Below the pieces are notes generated by a model. It saw only the letters and a list, made by a program, of their open reading frames with translations. It had not been told where the DNA came from and searched no databases. Positions 36,201 to 45,802 of a stretch of 45,802 nucleotides of DNA are shown one piece after another. Made by a program: the position numbers and the translations under genes. How positions within the stretch are numbered: position 1 is the first letter of the stretch; each line of letters starts with the position of its first letter. The stretch is from the NCBI GenBank assembly GCA_011109175.1, contig RDEW01000008.1, positions 971,558 to 1,017,359 on the forward strand. Direction: 5' to 3'. Source of the stretch: Dicyema japonicum (Eukaryota; Animalia; Dicyemida).

Positions 36201-37922
36201 CATAAAAAAACTGGTAGATAAAGTTCTCATATGTTATTTTCCATCATAACCCCGGGAAATCGATAAGTTTTTGCGTATTTCCATTGCGCAAAATGACTAC
36301 TTCGTTTCATGACAGGTGAAGGCCCTTGTCATCGATCCCCTTGTGAAAGTCTACGGCGGAACGGACTATACCGTGACATCAAGTGTGTCCAAGTGGCAGA
36401 AGGACTATTACCCTCACGGGTGGGGTCTGGTTGACATGAGCTGCTATTTACTAACCGAGCCCTGAGAAGGTCCAATACAGAACTTGCTTTTTATGAATAT
36501 ATTCGTTTTACCGTCTAATTTGTTCATCTTTGCAAATTCTGATTCAAGACCGAGGATTACGACTTCGTGCTATATAAAAAGTCAACACTGAGCTTTGTGA
36601 TCGACGTAGCATGTACGTCCTCAGCTTGGTCGCAAAGTTGGTTAGCGATATGCGATATTGTTGAAAATATTGACTTTATTTATAACAACGTCAATTTGGC
36701 ATAATTTACGGATATGTTGTATAAATCTATAATTTCACGTGCTACATCGGCCATTCCATCATCTTGGCCCTAATGCTCTTTCATCGATCCTACAAATGCA
36801 CGCATCGGTCGAGTGATCGGACCTTCGCATCACGACGGCGCGTTCCATAGTTCATTCGTATCAAAGCTTCAAGTGGGAATGGTGGCTGGAACTCTCCAGA
36901 AATCGTGCGTTCTGTGATTACGGAGGCTCTCATAAGCATCTAGCTACNNNNNNNNNNNNNNNNNNNNNNNNNNNNNNNNNNNNNNNNNNNNNNNNNNNNN
37001 NNNNNNNNNNNNNNNNNNNNNNNNNNNNNNNNNNNNNNNNNNNNNNNNNNNNNNNNNNNNNNNNNNNNNNNNNNNNNNNNNNNNNNNNNNNNNNNNNNNN
37101 NNNNNNNNNNNNNNNNNNNNNNNNNNNNNNNNNNNNNNNNNNNNNNNNNNNNNNNNNNNNNNNNNNNNNNNNNNNNNNNNNNNNNNNNNNNNNNNNNNNN
37201 NNNNNNNNNNNNNNNNNNNNNNNNNNNNNNNNNNNNNNNNNNNNNNNNNNNNNNNNNNNNNNNNNNNNNNNNNNNNNNNNNNNNNNNNNNNNNNNNNNNN
37301 NNNNNNNNNNNNNNNNNNNNNNNNNNNNNNNNNNNNNNNNNNNNNNNNNNNNNNNNNNNNNNNNNNNNNNNNNNNNNNNNNNNNNNNNNNNNNNNNNNNN
37401 NNAGGATACTCCATCCCGCATCAAAATATCCATGACGGCGAATCAACGAAAGTGATCTAAAGTCTTGGATTCAAAAGATTCTAGAGAGTTCTTTACCGAA
37501 TTAAAAAATCAACGATTTCGTATAATTTTAAAAATCGTAAAACCTGTTTTTGCAATTATCTCTGCAACTTTGTATGAATAAAATAATCCAGAAACATTTT
37601 TAAATATATTTTTATTAAAACTAGAAATTAAAGTGTTTTTATTTTAATAATTCTTTTTTAATTCAAAAAAATTCTGATTTTTTTTCTAATTGTAATTCTG
37701 ATTTTCTAAATGTTCGATTGAGCGCGATGGCTTCATCGCCTCATTGGAAAATATTGTACCACATTGCAAACAAAGCGGTTTATAAAGAACCTGAGGATTT
37801 TTAATAAATTAAAAAAAAGATATTCCTCTTTATTGGTTCAAACTTTTTTTAAACAAAACTCATCACGAAGTATTAGAAATCACGCTAATAATTTTAAATG
37901 AATTATTATTATTATTGAATCA

Positions 37923-38045
37923 GGACTGGATGCCATATACAAACTGTTCATAGAGTCTACAATAGGATACGCATGTAATGTCTGGGGATCTAACCTTGCA
38001 GAAACGAATTTGGACAAGATCTGCAACATTCAAGTAAAGCCAGCA
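37923..38045 (+). mobile_element. Decayed LINE fragment (post-RT region)
   Basis: LDAIYKLFIESTIGYACNVWGSNLAETNLDKICNIQ, homologous to the 2711 fragment. Confidence 0.6.
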
Positions 38046-38146
38046 GTTGAGGAGGTCGGGATTACCTTAATTTGTTTAATTTGGATATGCTGTGGTTTTC
38101 TGTGTCAATAATAATAATAAAAGAAATATAATATAATGTTATATAT

Positions 38147-38240
38147 CTGCTGTTTATTTGAGCGAATCTCGATAGCTATCCTCAGAGGGTATAGCCACTA
38201 AGTCAGGGCAGCCGTTATATAGTCGTTTACTCTTTTGTAT
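38147..38240 (+). mobile_element. Second 3' end of the CRE-like element
   Basis: Similar to 29945-30035: TTATTTGAG(A/C)GAATCTCG...GCTATCCT.AGAGG...TAGCCAC...GTCAGGGCAGCCG.TATAT. Confidence 0.65.
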
Positions 38241-38329
38241 TTCGTTTTATCAAATGAAGATGATTAGTATAAGACTCGATTATTTATCTGTCTTTAATTT
38301 TTCATATAACAATGAGCTCCTCGTTGAGA

Positions 38330-39330
38330 CCACTGCTATACGACATGGTAAATCGTTTAGGAATATATTGAATAGCGCTGGAGAAATGGGCGATCCTTGA
38401 GGGACGCCATTTGGTAGAAGACGGGACCTCGATCTAGCATAGCCTACACAAACACGTCCTTTTCATCTGTAAAAAATTGGCTATCCATCTTTTCAATCCA
38501 GTTGAATAGTGGTGTCAAAAGCCTTTTTTTGTGAGTAATATTCTCGGGACAGAATCGAACGCCTTCTGGATGTCCAGAGAAACCAATCTTGTCCTTAGCG
38601 TTTCGGTTCGTTGAATCCTTCTGATATAAATTGAGACAATGAAGTCAAATGTGTCGTAGTTGAACGCACACTTTTGTATCAATGTTAAAGTGGCAGTCGG
38701 GAAAATGGGGTTTGATTTTACGGAGTACGAGTTTCTTCATTAAGCGCGATAATGCGCACGTCAATGAAATTGGACAGTAGGAAGAAGGTTAGGTTTCCAG
38801 TTTTCCTGGTTTTTAAAAGGGGTATTATAAGTGAGTTCTTCCATTTGCATGGGATGACGTTCTGTTAGAAGACAAATTAAAAATTGACGTAGTCGAATTG
38901 ATTGCAACATGGTCGAATTGACAGCAAAAGGTGTTTAAGCAAAATTCTCGAAGTACCGTCAGGACCAGACGTATAAGATCTCTTAGGACAGAATCCCTGC
39001 GGTGGAATTTAAATGTTGATTAGAATAAGATGTTCTGACCCATTAATAAGATCAATAGAAATTTGTTCCGCGATCCTGTCGTGTAGAATAAAATCATCCA
39101 CTTGCGAGCTCACATAGTGGAAGGATAAACCGTTTATAATAATGGTAAGTAATCCGCCACCACGTCCAATACGGTCTTTTCTGATAGAGATGTATTCAGG
39201 AAAAAGTGGGGTTGATTTCTTTGTAAAAAGTTTAGACTCCTAGATAAGGCAAATGTGAATATTATGCTTCGATAATAGACATCGTAACTCCAAAATCTTT
39301 GTTTTTATTCCGTTAGCATTGATATGCATA
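38330..39330 (-). mobile_element. Internally deleted, decayed LINE ORF2 (APE endonuclease plus RT)
   Basis: HINANGIKTKILEL...IHICLI*ESKL...RKDRIGRGGGLLTII (APE domain); TSGPDG, IPCKWK, WIANFL and PNGVPQGSPISPALFNIFLNDLP (RT domain); multiple stops and frameshifts. Confidence 0.85.
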
Positions 39331-39850
39331 ATAACAAGGGGTTTTGGTCCATTGTATGTTCAATATCTCCAGAAAGCAATATAATCCACGGGAACAAACA
39401 ACATTTCGAGTTTCCAGTTGAGGTAAACCATCCAGACATGAAGATTAGGAAGAGAAAATAATTCTTTTTGATTTTATTAGACACAGCGCCACCATAAAGG
39501 TGAACCACATGACGCCACACTAACATTATTCCAAAATGAAGATCTAATCATAAATTAGGTTATATGGATCAACGAGAAGGGTTATGGCTAAGACAAAAGA
39601 TCGGAATAGCCATACTCCGAGGGAACTCGTTAGCAATCCACGCAGCAGGCTTCCTCAACTGACATTTGTTTAATTGTTATAAAAAATTTTGTTAATAGAA
39701 AAAAAAAATTAGGTTAATTAATTCATAAGTTACATATTAAACTTTTTTTAATAACTTAATTTATTTTTATAAAATAATTATTAGATAAATTAATTTTATT
39801 ATAATAATTTTTTATAATTAATTATTCATGAATAATTAATAATTTAACTA

Positions 39851-42800
39851 ATGATCTTTATGATTGGAGGTTTGTTTGAATTTAATAATTTTGTAGAAAT
39901 TGTGTTGTTTTTCGGTTTAATTCAACTTGAAATCACTACTGAACTGTTATTAAATCAAGTTCCAAAGTGGATCATTCGCGTACATAACAAATTTTCTATA
40001 TTTGTTTCTGGGGAAATTTACGTATCGATTAAAAATAATGAATTAGTAAGTGAATATCATAGTAGTAGAATCGAGTTATTAATTTCAACAAGGCAGAAGT
40101 CAATTTTGTGAAACGAAGAAAAAAAGAGTTCTACATCAAACTTGAATTTGAAAATACAATTGTTGGATTTGAAATCAATGTGGATTCTAATTTTATTAAT
40201 CTAAAACAGATTTATGTTAATGTTTTCGGTATGTGATATTTTAGATACTAGATTTTGGTGATTTTGATGCATTAGTTAATCAAACTTTTTTGATTAAGAA
40301 ATATTATTTTTGTCATATTTTTCAATTGGACTATATTGGAATTATTGTTTACATATTCAATTTACAACTACAAGTATCTCAAACATCTGGAATTACATCA
40401 TTTTCTGGAACCGGTTATATTTATAATAATTTTAAGCTGATTTTTGCAATAAAAATCTGTTGCGTAATGAACCTATTGAACAAATATTCGGTACTGTAAG
40501 TTGTTTTATTAATATTTATTTTCTTTTATTTTTATAATATTTTTAGAACACCCAACAACTAGATCCACGACTAAAACTGAAGGTAAATATTTTAATTTCA
40601 TATTTCAAAATTCATGCAATAATATAATATTCTTATTCATAGAATTGGACAATATACATACTCCGACAAGTACAACTGAAGGTACAATATCTTCAATAAA
40701 TGATTAATCAATTCATAAAATTAAATGTTAGATTTAACTACAGAATTGGGCACTACACCAGCTCCGACAAAAACAACTCTAAGTACAATATCTTCAATTA
40801 ATGATTAATAAATTCATAACTTAAATGTTAGGGTTATTTTCATTTTTTGCCATTACACGAACTCCCACAAGAACAACTGAAGGTAAATATCTTCAAATTA
40901 TGATTAATCAATTCATATAATTAAATGTTAGATTCATCCACAGAATTGGCCACTACACCTACTCCCACAAATACAACTGAAGGTACAAAATCTTCAAATT
41001 ATGATTAATCAATCATATAATTAAATGTTAGATTCATCCACAGAATTGTCCACTACACCAACTCCCACAAAAACAACTGAAGGTACAATATCTTCAATTA
41101 ATGATTTATCAAATCATAAACTTAAATGTTAGATTCATCAATAGAATTAGCCATTACACCTACTCCGGCAAGTACTACTGAAGGTACAATATCTTCAATT
41201 AATGATTAATCAATTTATATAATTAAATGTTAGATTCATCAATAGAATTTGCCATTACACCTACTCCTGCAAGTACTACTGAAGGTACAAAATCTTCAAA
41301 TTATGATTAATCAATCATATAATTAAATGTTAGATTCATCCACAGAATTGTCCACTACACCAACTCCCACAAATACAACTGAAGGTACAAAATCTTCAAA
41401 TTATGATTAATCAATCATATAATTAAATGTTAGATTCATCCACAGAATTGGCCACTACACCAACTCCCACAAATACAACTGAAGGTACAAAATCTTCAAA
41501 TTATGATTAATCAATCATATAATTAAATGTTAGATTCATCTACAGAATTGGCCACTACACCAACTCCCACAAGTACAACTGAAGGTACAATATCTTTATT
41601 AATGATTAATCAAATCATATACTTAAATGTTAGATTCATCCATAGAATTGGCCACTACACCTACTCCCACAAGTACAACTGAAGGTAAAATATCTTCAAT
41701 TAATGATTAATCAATTCATATACTTAAATGTTAGATTCATCCACAGAATTGGCTACTACACCTACTCCCACAAGTACAACTGAAGGTAAAATATCTTCAA
41801 TTAATGATTAATCAATCATATAATTAAATGTTAGATTCATCCACAGAATTGGCTACTACACCTACTCCCACAAGTACAACTGAAGGTAAAATATCTTCAA
41901 TTAATGATTAATCAATTCATATACTTAAATGTTAGATTCATCCACAGAATTGGCCACTACACCTACTCCCACAAATACAACTGAAGGTACAAATGTTAGA
42001 TTCATCAATAGAATTGGCCATTACACCTACTCCCACAAGTACAACTGAAGGTAAAATATCTTCAATTAATGATTAATCAATTCATATAATTAAATGTTAG
42101 ATTCATCCACAGAATTGGCTACTACACCTACTCCCACAAGTACAACTGAAGGTAAAATATCTTCAATTAATGATTAATCAATCATATAATTAAATGTTAG
42201 ATTCATCCACAGAATTGGCCACTACACCAACTCCCACAAATACAACTGAAGGTACAATATCTTCAATTAATGATTAATCAATTCATATACTTAAATGTTA
42301 GATTCATCAATAGAATTAGCCATTACACCTACTCCGACAAGTACAACTGAAGGTAAAATATCTTCAATTAATGATTAATCAATTCATATACTTAAATGTT
42401 AGATTCATCCACAGAATTGGCTACTACACCTACTCCCACAAGTACAACTGAAGGTAAAATATCTTCAATTAATGATTAATCAATTCATACACTTAAATGT
42501 TAGATTCATCCACAGAATTGGCCACTACACCAACTCCCACAAATACAACTGAAGGTACAAAATCTTCAAATTATGATTAATCAATCATATAATTAAATGT
42601 TAGATTCATCCACAGAATTGGCCACTACACCAACTCCCACAAATACAACTGAAGGTACAAAATCTTCAAATTATGATTAATCAATTTATATAATTAAATG
42701 TTAGATTCATCTACAGAATTGTCCACTACACCTACTCCCACAAATACAACTGAAGGTACAAAATCTTCAAATTATGATTAATCAATCATATAATTAAATG

Positions 42801-43349
42801 TTAGATTCATCCACAGAATTGGCCACTAAACCAACTCCCACAAATACAACTGAAGGTACAATATCTTCAATTAATGATTAATCAATCATATGATTAAATG
42901 TTAGATTCATCCACAGAATTGGCCACTACACCTACTCCCACAGATACAACTGAAGGTAAAATATCTTCAATTAATAATTAATCAATTCATATACTTAAAT
43001 GTTAGATTCATCAATAGAATTAGCCATTACACCTTTTCCGGCAAGTACTGCTGAAGGTACAATATCTTCAATTAATGATTAATCAATTCATATAATTAAA
43101 TGTTAGATTCACCCACAGAATTAGCCACTACACCTACTTCCACTACTACATTTGAAGGTAAATGTTTTAATCCAACATATAATCATTTTATTATCTTTAT
43201 TTGAAGATCCGAGCATAACAAGTTCAACAATTAACACTAATTTGATAGTAAGCATGCATGCACGAAAATTCAGTACTTCATCCGTTTCTCGTCCAGTGGA
43301 AGTAACATTCCTCCTACTTGGATGGATTTTAGTTAACATACTAATTTAA
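39851..43349 (+). CDS. Putative GPI-anchored mucin-like surface protein, about 678 aa, 33 exons
   Basis: Introns 39870-39896, 40046-40068, 40229-40251, 40414-40436, 40491-40546, 40583-40642, then repeat introns. Signal-like N-terminus MIFMIGEIVLFFGLIQ; globular region of about 160 aa; 25 exons of 51 nt (consensus DSSTELATTPTPTSTTE); last exon 43207-43349 ending in hydrophobic VTFLLLGWILVNILI*. Summed exons are 2037 nt, in frame with no internal stop. Confidence 0.82.
40682..43157 (+). repeat. Tandem array of about 100-101 bp intron+exon units (25 units)
   Basis: Each unit is a 49-50 nt intron GTA(A/C)AA(T/A)ATCTTCAA...TTAAATGTTAG plus a 51-nt exon ATTCATCCACAGAATTGGCCACTACACC(T/A)ACTCCCACAA(G/A)TACAACTGAAG. 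One unit has a 13-nt intron (41987-41999). Confidence 0.95.
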
Positions 43350-44289
43350 CTTAAACTAACAGATATCTTGGTTAAATTATTTTCGGAGACTAATTTATTA
43401 ATTATTTAACCCAGGACACACAAAGAAAAAAGTATGTAATTAATAATCAATTATGTTTTTCCAACGATTAAGTTGTAGTCGGAGAGATAGACATTCTCCT
43501 AGAGATTATCTGTTGTTATATTTAAACACATAATTCGTTCCAAAACCACAGTGATAGACATTCTCCTAAAGATTATCTGTTGTCATATGAGAAATATGAT
43601 CTATTTGATGTTTTCCTGAAATTGGACTTATTGTTAACGAAGAATTGAATTGAAAAAAGAAATGAGTATAATAAATTGAAAGCTTGATAAGTTGTTATTA
43701 TGATGATCTTATACTGAATAATATTACTTTTCAAAGATTTTTGTTATTTCTTAAGCTACCCCGTTAGAACTTTTGATCATATGACTTAATTTGTTTGTTT
43801 TGGAAATGAATTATCTCATTTCTATGAAATATTTCAAAGTAATTATGTTAATTTAATTAATGCAAACTAAATAATTCCTAAAATATTTAAATTACCCGTT
43901 TGAATCAAGATATCATTAAATCAATCAAATGTCATGTGGCTCGCCGACGACGTGGTGTCATTTAGTAGAAAAAAACACTTTGCCCTATCTTCACGGGTGG
44001 ACTAATAGATAAATCAATCTCACCTATTTTTAGCATTTATTTTAGGCTAGTTGTGACGGTAGAACTACGACTTTGATTACGGCTCATAAAAAAAGACCGT
44101 TTTTATTTTCCATGAGAATTTAAAACAATTCACCTTTTTATTATTATTTACTACAAAATTTAATTTATTTGTTGATTGACTATTACATCTTTGCAGTAGT
44201 GTCTTTTTTACTTTTCCTTTTTGAAGAGCGAGCTTAGAAACACTCACTGTCCAGGTAAGATACTTAAAAAGAACTTCTTTGTCTATGTC

Positions 44290-44460
44290 TTCGTGAACGA
44301 ATTAAAAAAGTGGATTGTAAATTTCCTATGTGGAAAAAGAGGAGAAGTATTTCACGTTCTACAAAATCGTCATAAGTTTTGCCTAACGGGCTCCCATTAG
44401 GATCTCTTCTGTCACTTATCTTGTTCAAATCTTTCCTGAACGATATTCTACCATATATTT
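44290..44460 (+). mobile_element. Decayed LINE RT core fragment
   Basis: KKWIVNFL, then in another frame LPNGLPLGSLLSLILFKSFLNDI, a degenerate GVPQGS.LSP.LF..FLND motif. Confidence 0.6.
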
Positions 44461-44764
44461 TACGATACACTGAATGATATAATCATCAGAAGACCTATGT
44501 GGTTATATAAATGCTGATCGATTAGATAATTTATTAGACATTTTGAACAGTTTGCTTATGAAAAACCTATTATACATCAAAACTATCAAACTTTGTAAAC
44601 CCTTATGCCTCAGATGTAAATTAATTCATACATTTCTATTAACTTATTTAGATTAACATCTGACCACTTTATGAAAAAAACTAAAAAATATAAACCTTTA
44701 TAATTTTTTATTTAAATACAAAGGGTCAAATCAATTTAATTAATTCCTTTATCCCATTAATTCT

Positions 44765-44915
44765 AGAAAAACCCTCACTCATTCACAGTGATCCAAAAAG
44801 CTTTGTCCGAGGAGATAAGGTCTACTCCAGAGATTCCAGAACTCGTCGACAAGGAACAAAATTGTCTCCCGGTAGAATAAATTGATCGATCCTTTCGAAT
44901 CCAGAACAGGCATTA
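44765..44915 (+). repeat. Dispersed repeat family X, copy
   Basis: AACCCTCACTCATTCACAGTGATCC...GATTCCAGAACTCGTCGACAAGGAACAAAATTGTCTCCCGG...GATCGATCCTTTCGAAT. Confidence 0.7.
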
Positions 44916-45254
44916 TTAGTGACGTTTCATGGAAGTCATACTTCCTTTTCTCTCCAGTTCCACAGTATACAAGCGGTCTTGAGACGTAATGACATCTTCT
45001 ATGATAAGAACTAGGCCAGACTCCTTATCGTGTACCACAATATCAAATTCATTGTGCTTGACTAGCATCGAGTGGTATAGTGAGTGGCATAACGCTATCA
45101 CATTTAATAACCCACCATCATCAACACCATACTTAGCAGACAAAAAAGGTTTGATAGTGCCTAGGTGAGTTGGCCTTGTTTTCTCGCTCGTTGTTATGGC
45201 GTGCTTCCTAGCAGACACACTTGACCCAGCTATCAGGGTCTCATTCATTTGCAT
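44916..45254 (-). mobile_element. R2/NeSL-like REL endonuclease fragment (same class as 25862-26135)
   Basis: HL...FLSAKYGV...KHNEFDIVVHDKESGLVLIIEDVITSQDRLYTVELERK, a degenerate N.PDI+V.DK...+IEV.ITSQD.L..VE.EK pattern. Confidence 0.6.
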
Positions 45255-45802
45255 AAGAATACGCTCACTTTGTTGGACTACTCCACACTGTCCACGTCGA
45301 ATTTATCACGGAATAAATTTTGTCTCTCTTTATTGGCTGCCAGCATATGAACATGGTTTTCGATTTATCACGGGGTAAATTTCTTTCTCCTAATTAGCTG
45401 TCAGCACATGGACATGGTACTCCACGAATCAAAAATACATCATATAGTACTCTTTTGGCTCTAACTCCACAACACCTATGTAGTAGTTTAGCAGCAGAAA
45501 AGAAGTAGGGTAATTCAGAAAAGGATGGGAAAGGAGGCAATTTCAGAAGAGGAGAATAAAAAGACCCACGTCCGTATAGAAAATGTGTGGGGTCACGGAC
45601 GGAGCATCGAGAAAAGATTATTGAGAGATGCCGCGATCAGTTGAATATTAGTTAGTGGTTAAGACGGTGATTCTTTTGGCTTAAATAATAATAATTATTA
45701 TATCGATTCTGAAAATCTTCAGAGAAATCCTCAGTATGACAAAACACAGAAAATCTTTGTGTAATCTACTACCAATGTCTTAAATTCTTCTCCCACGTAA
45801 AC

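Noticed and set aside
40682-43157. CRISPR array or non-coding satellite interpretation of the 100-bp repeat
   Set aside because: There are no unique spacers, the whole unit repeats, and conserved GT/AG with stop-free 51-nt exons fit a coding array.
4711-43349. Non-standard genetic code (ciliate-like stop reassignment)
   Set aside because: Intact genes end normally in TAA or TGA and have no internal stops once spliced; internal stops occur only in decayed elements.
44245-44265. U1 snRNA 5' end on the minus strand (ATCTTACCTGG)
   Set aside because: It is one base off the U1 start, the following sequence has no U1 stem-loops or Sm site, and it is simply the complement of a donor-like CAGGTAAG.

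Overview
Eukaryotic, AT-rich, repeat-littered scaffold from a draft assembly, with N gaps and many adjacent near-identical 110-300 bp duplicates that look like haplotype or gap-filling artefacts. The ORF track is misleading because genes are cut by ultra-short GT-AG introns of 21-28 nt. Manual splicing gives clean, frame-consistent models for four genes: an anillin-like protein (4711-6981, minus), Sm-D2 (11346-11766, plus), a secreted histidine acid phosphatase (23246-24609, minus), and a putative GPI-anchored mucin (39851-43349, plus). The mucin stalk is built from 25 tandem 51-nt phase-1 exons, each encoding one 17-aa repeat. Also present: one tRNA-Arg(TCT), a small orphan gene, intron-retaining pseudogene fragments of ARP6 and IMP4, decayed non-LTR retrotransposons (APE-type LINE, CRE-like, R2/NeSL-like REL), a tRNA-derived SINE-like insert, and an unclassified dispersed repeat with about 10 or more copies. 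Animal-type anillin plus introns of about 23 nt suggest a reduced parasitic metazoan such as a myxozoan or dicyemid; this is inference and the species cannot be fixed from sequence alone. No CRISPR array or prokaryotic system is supported.
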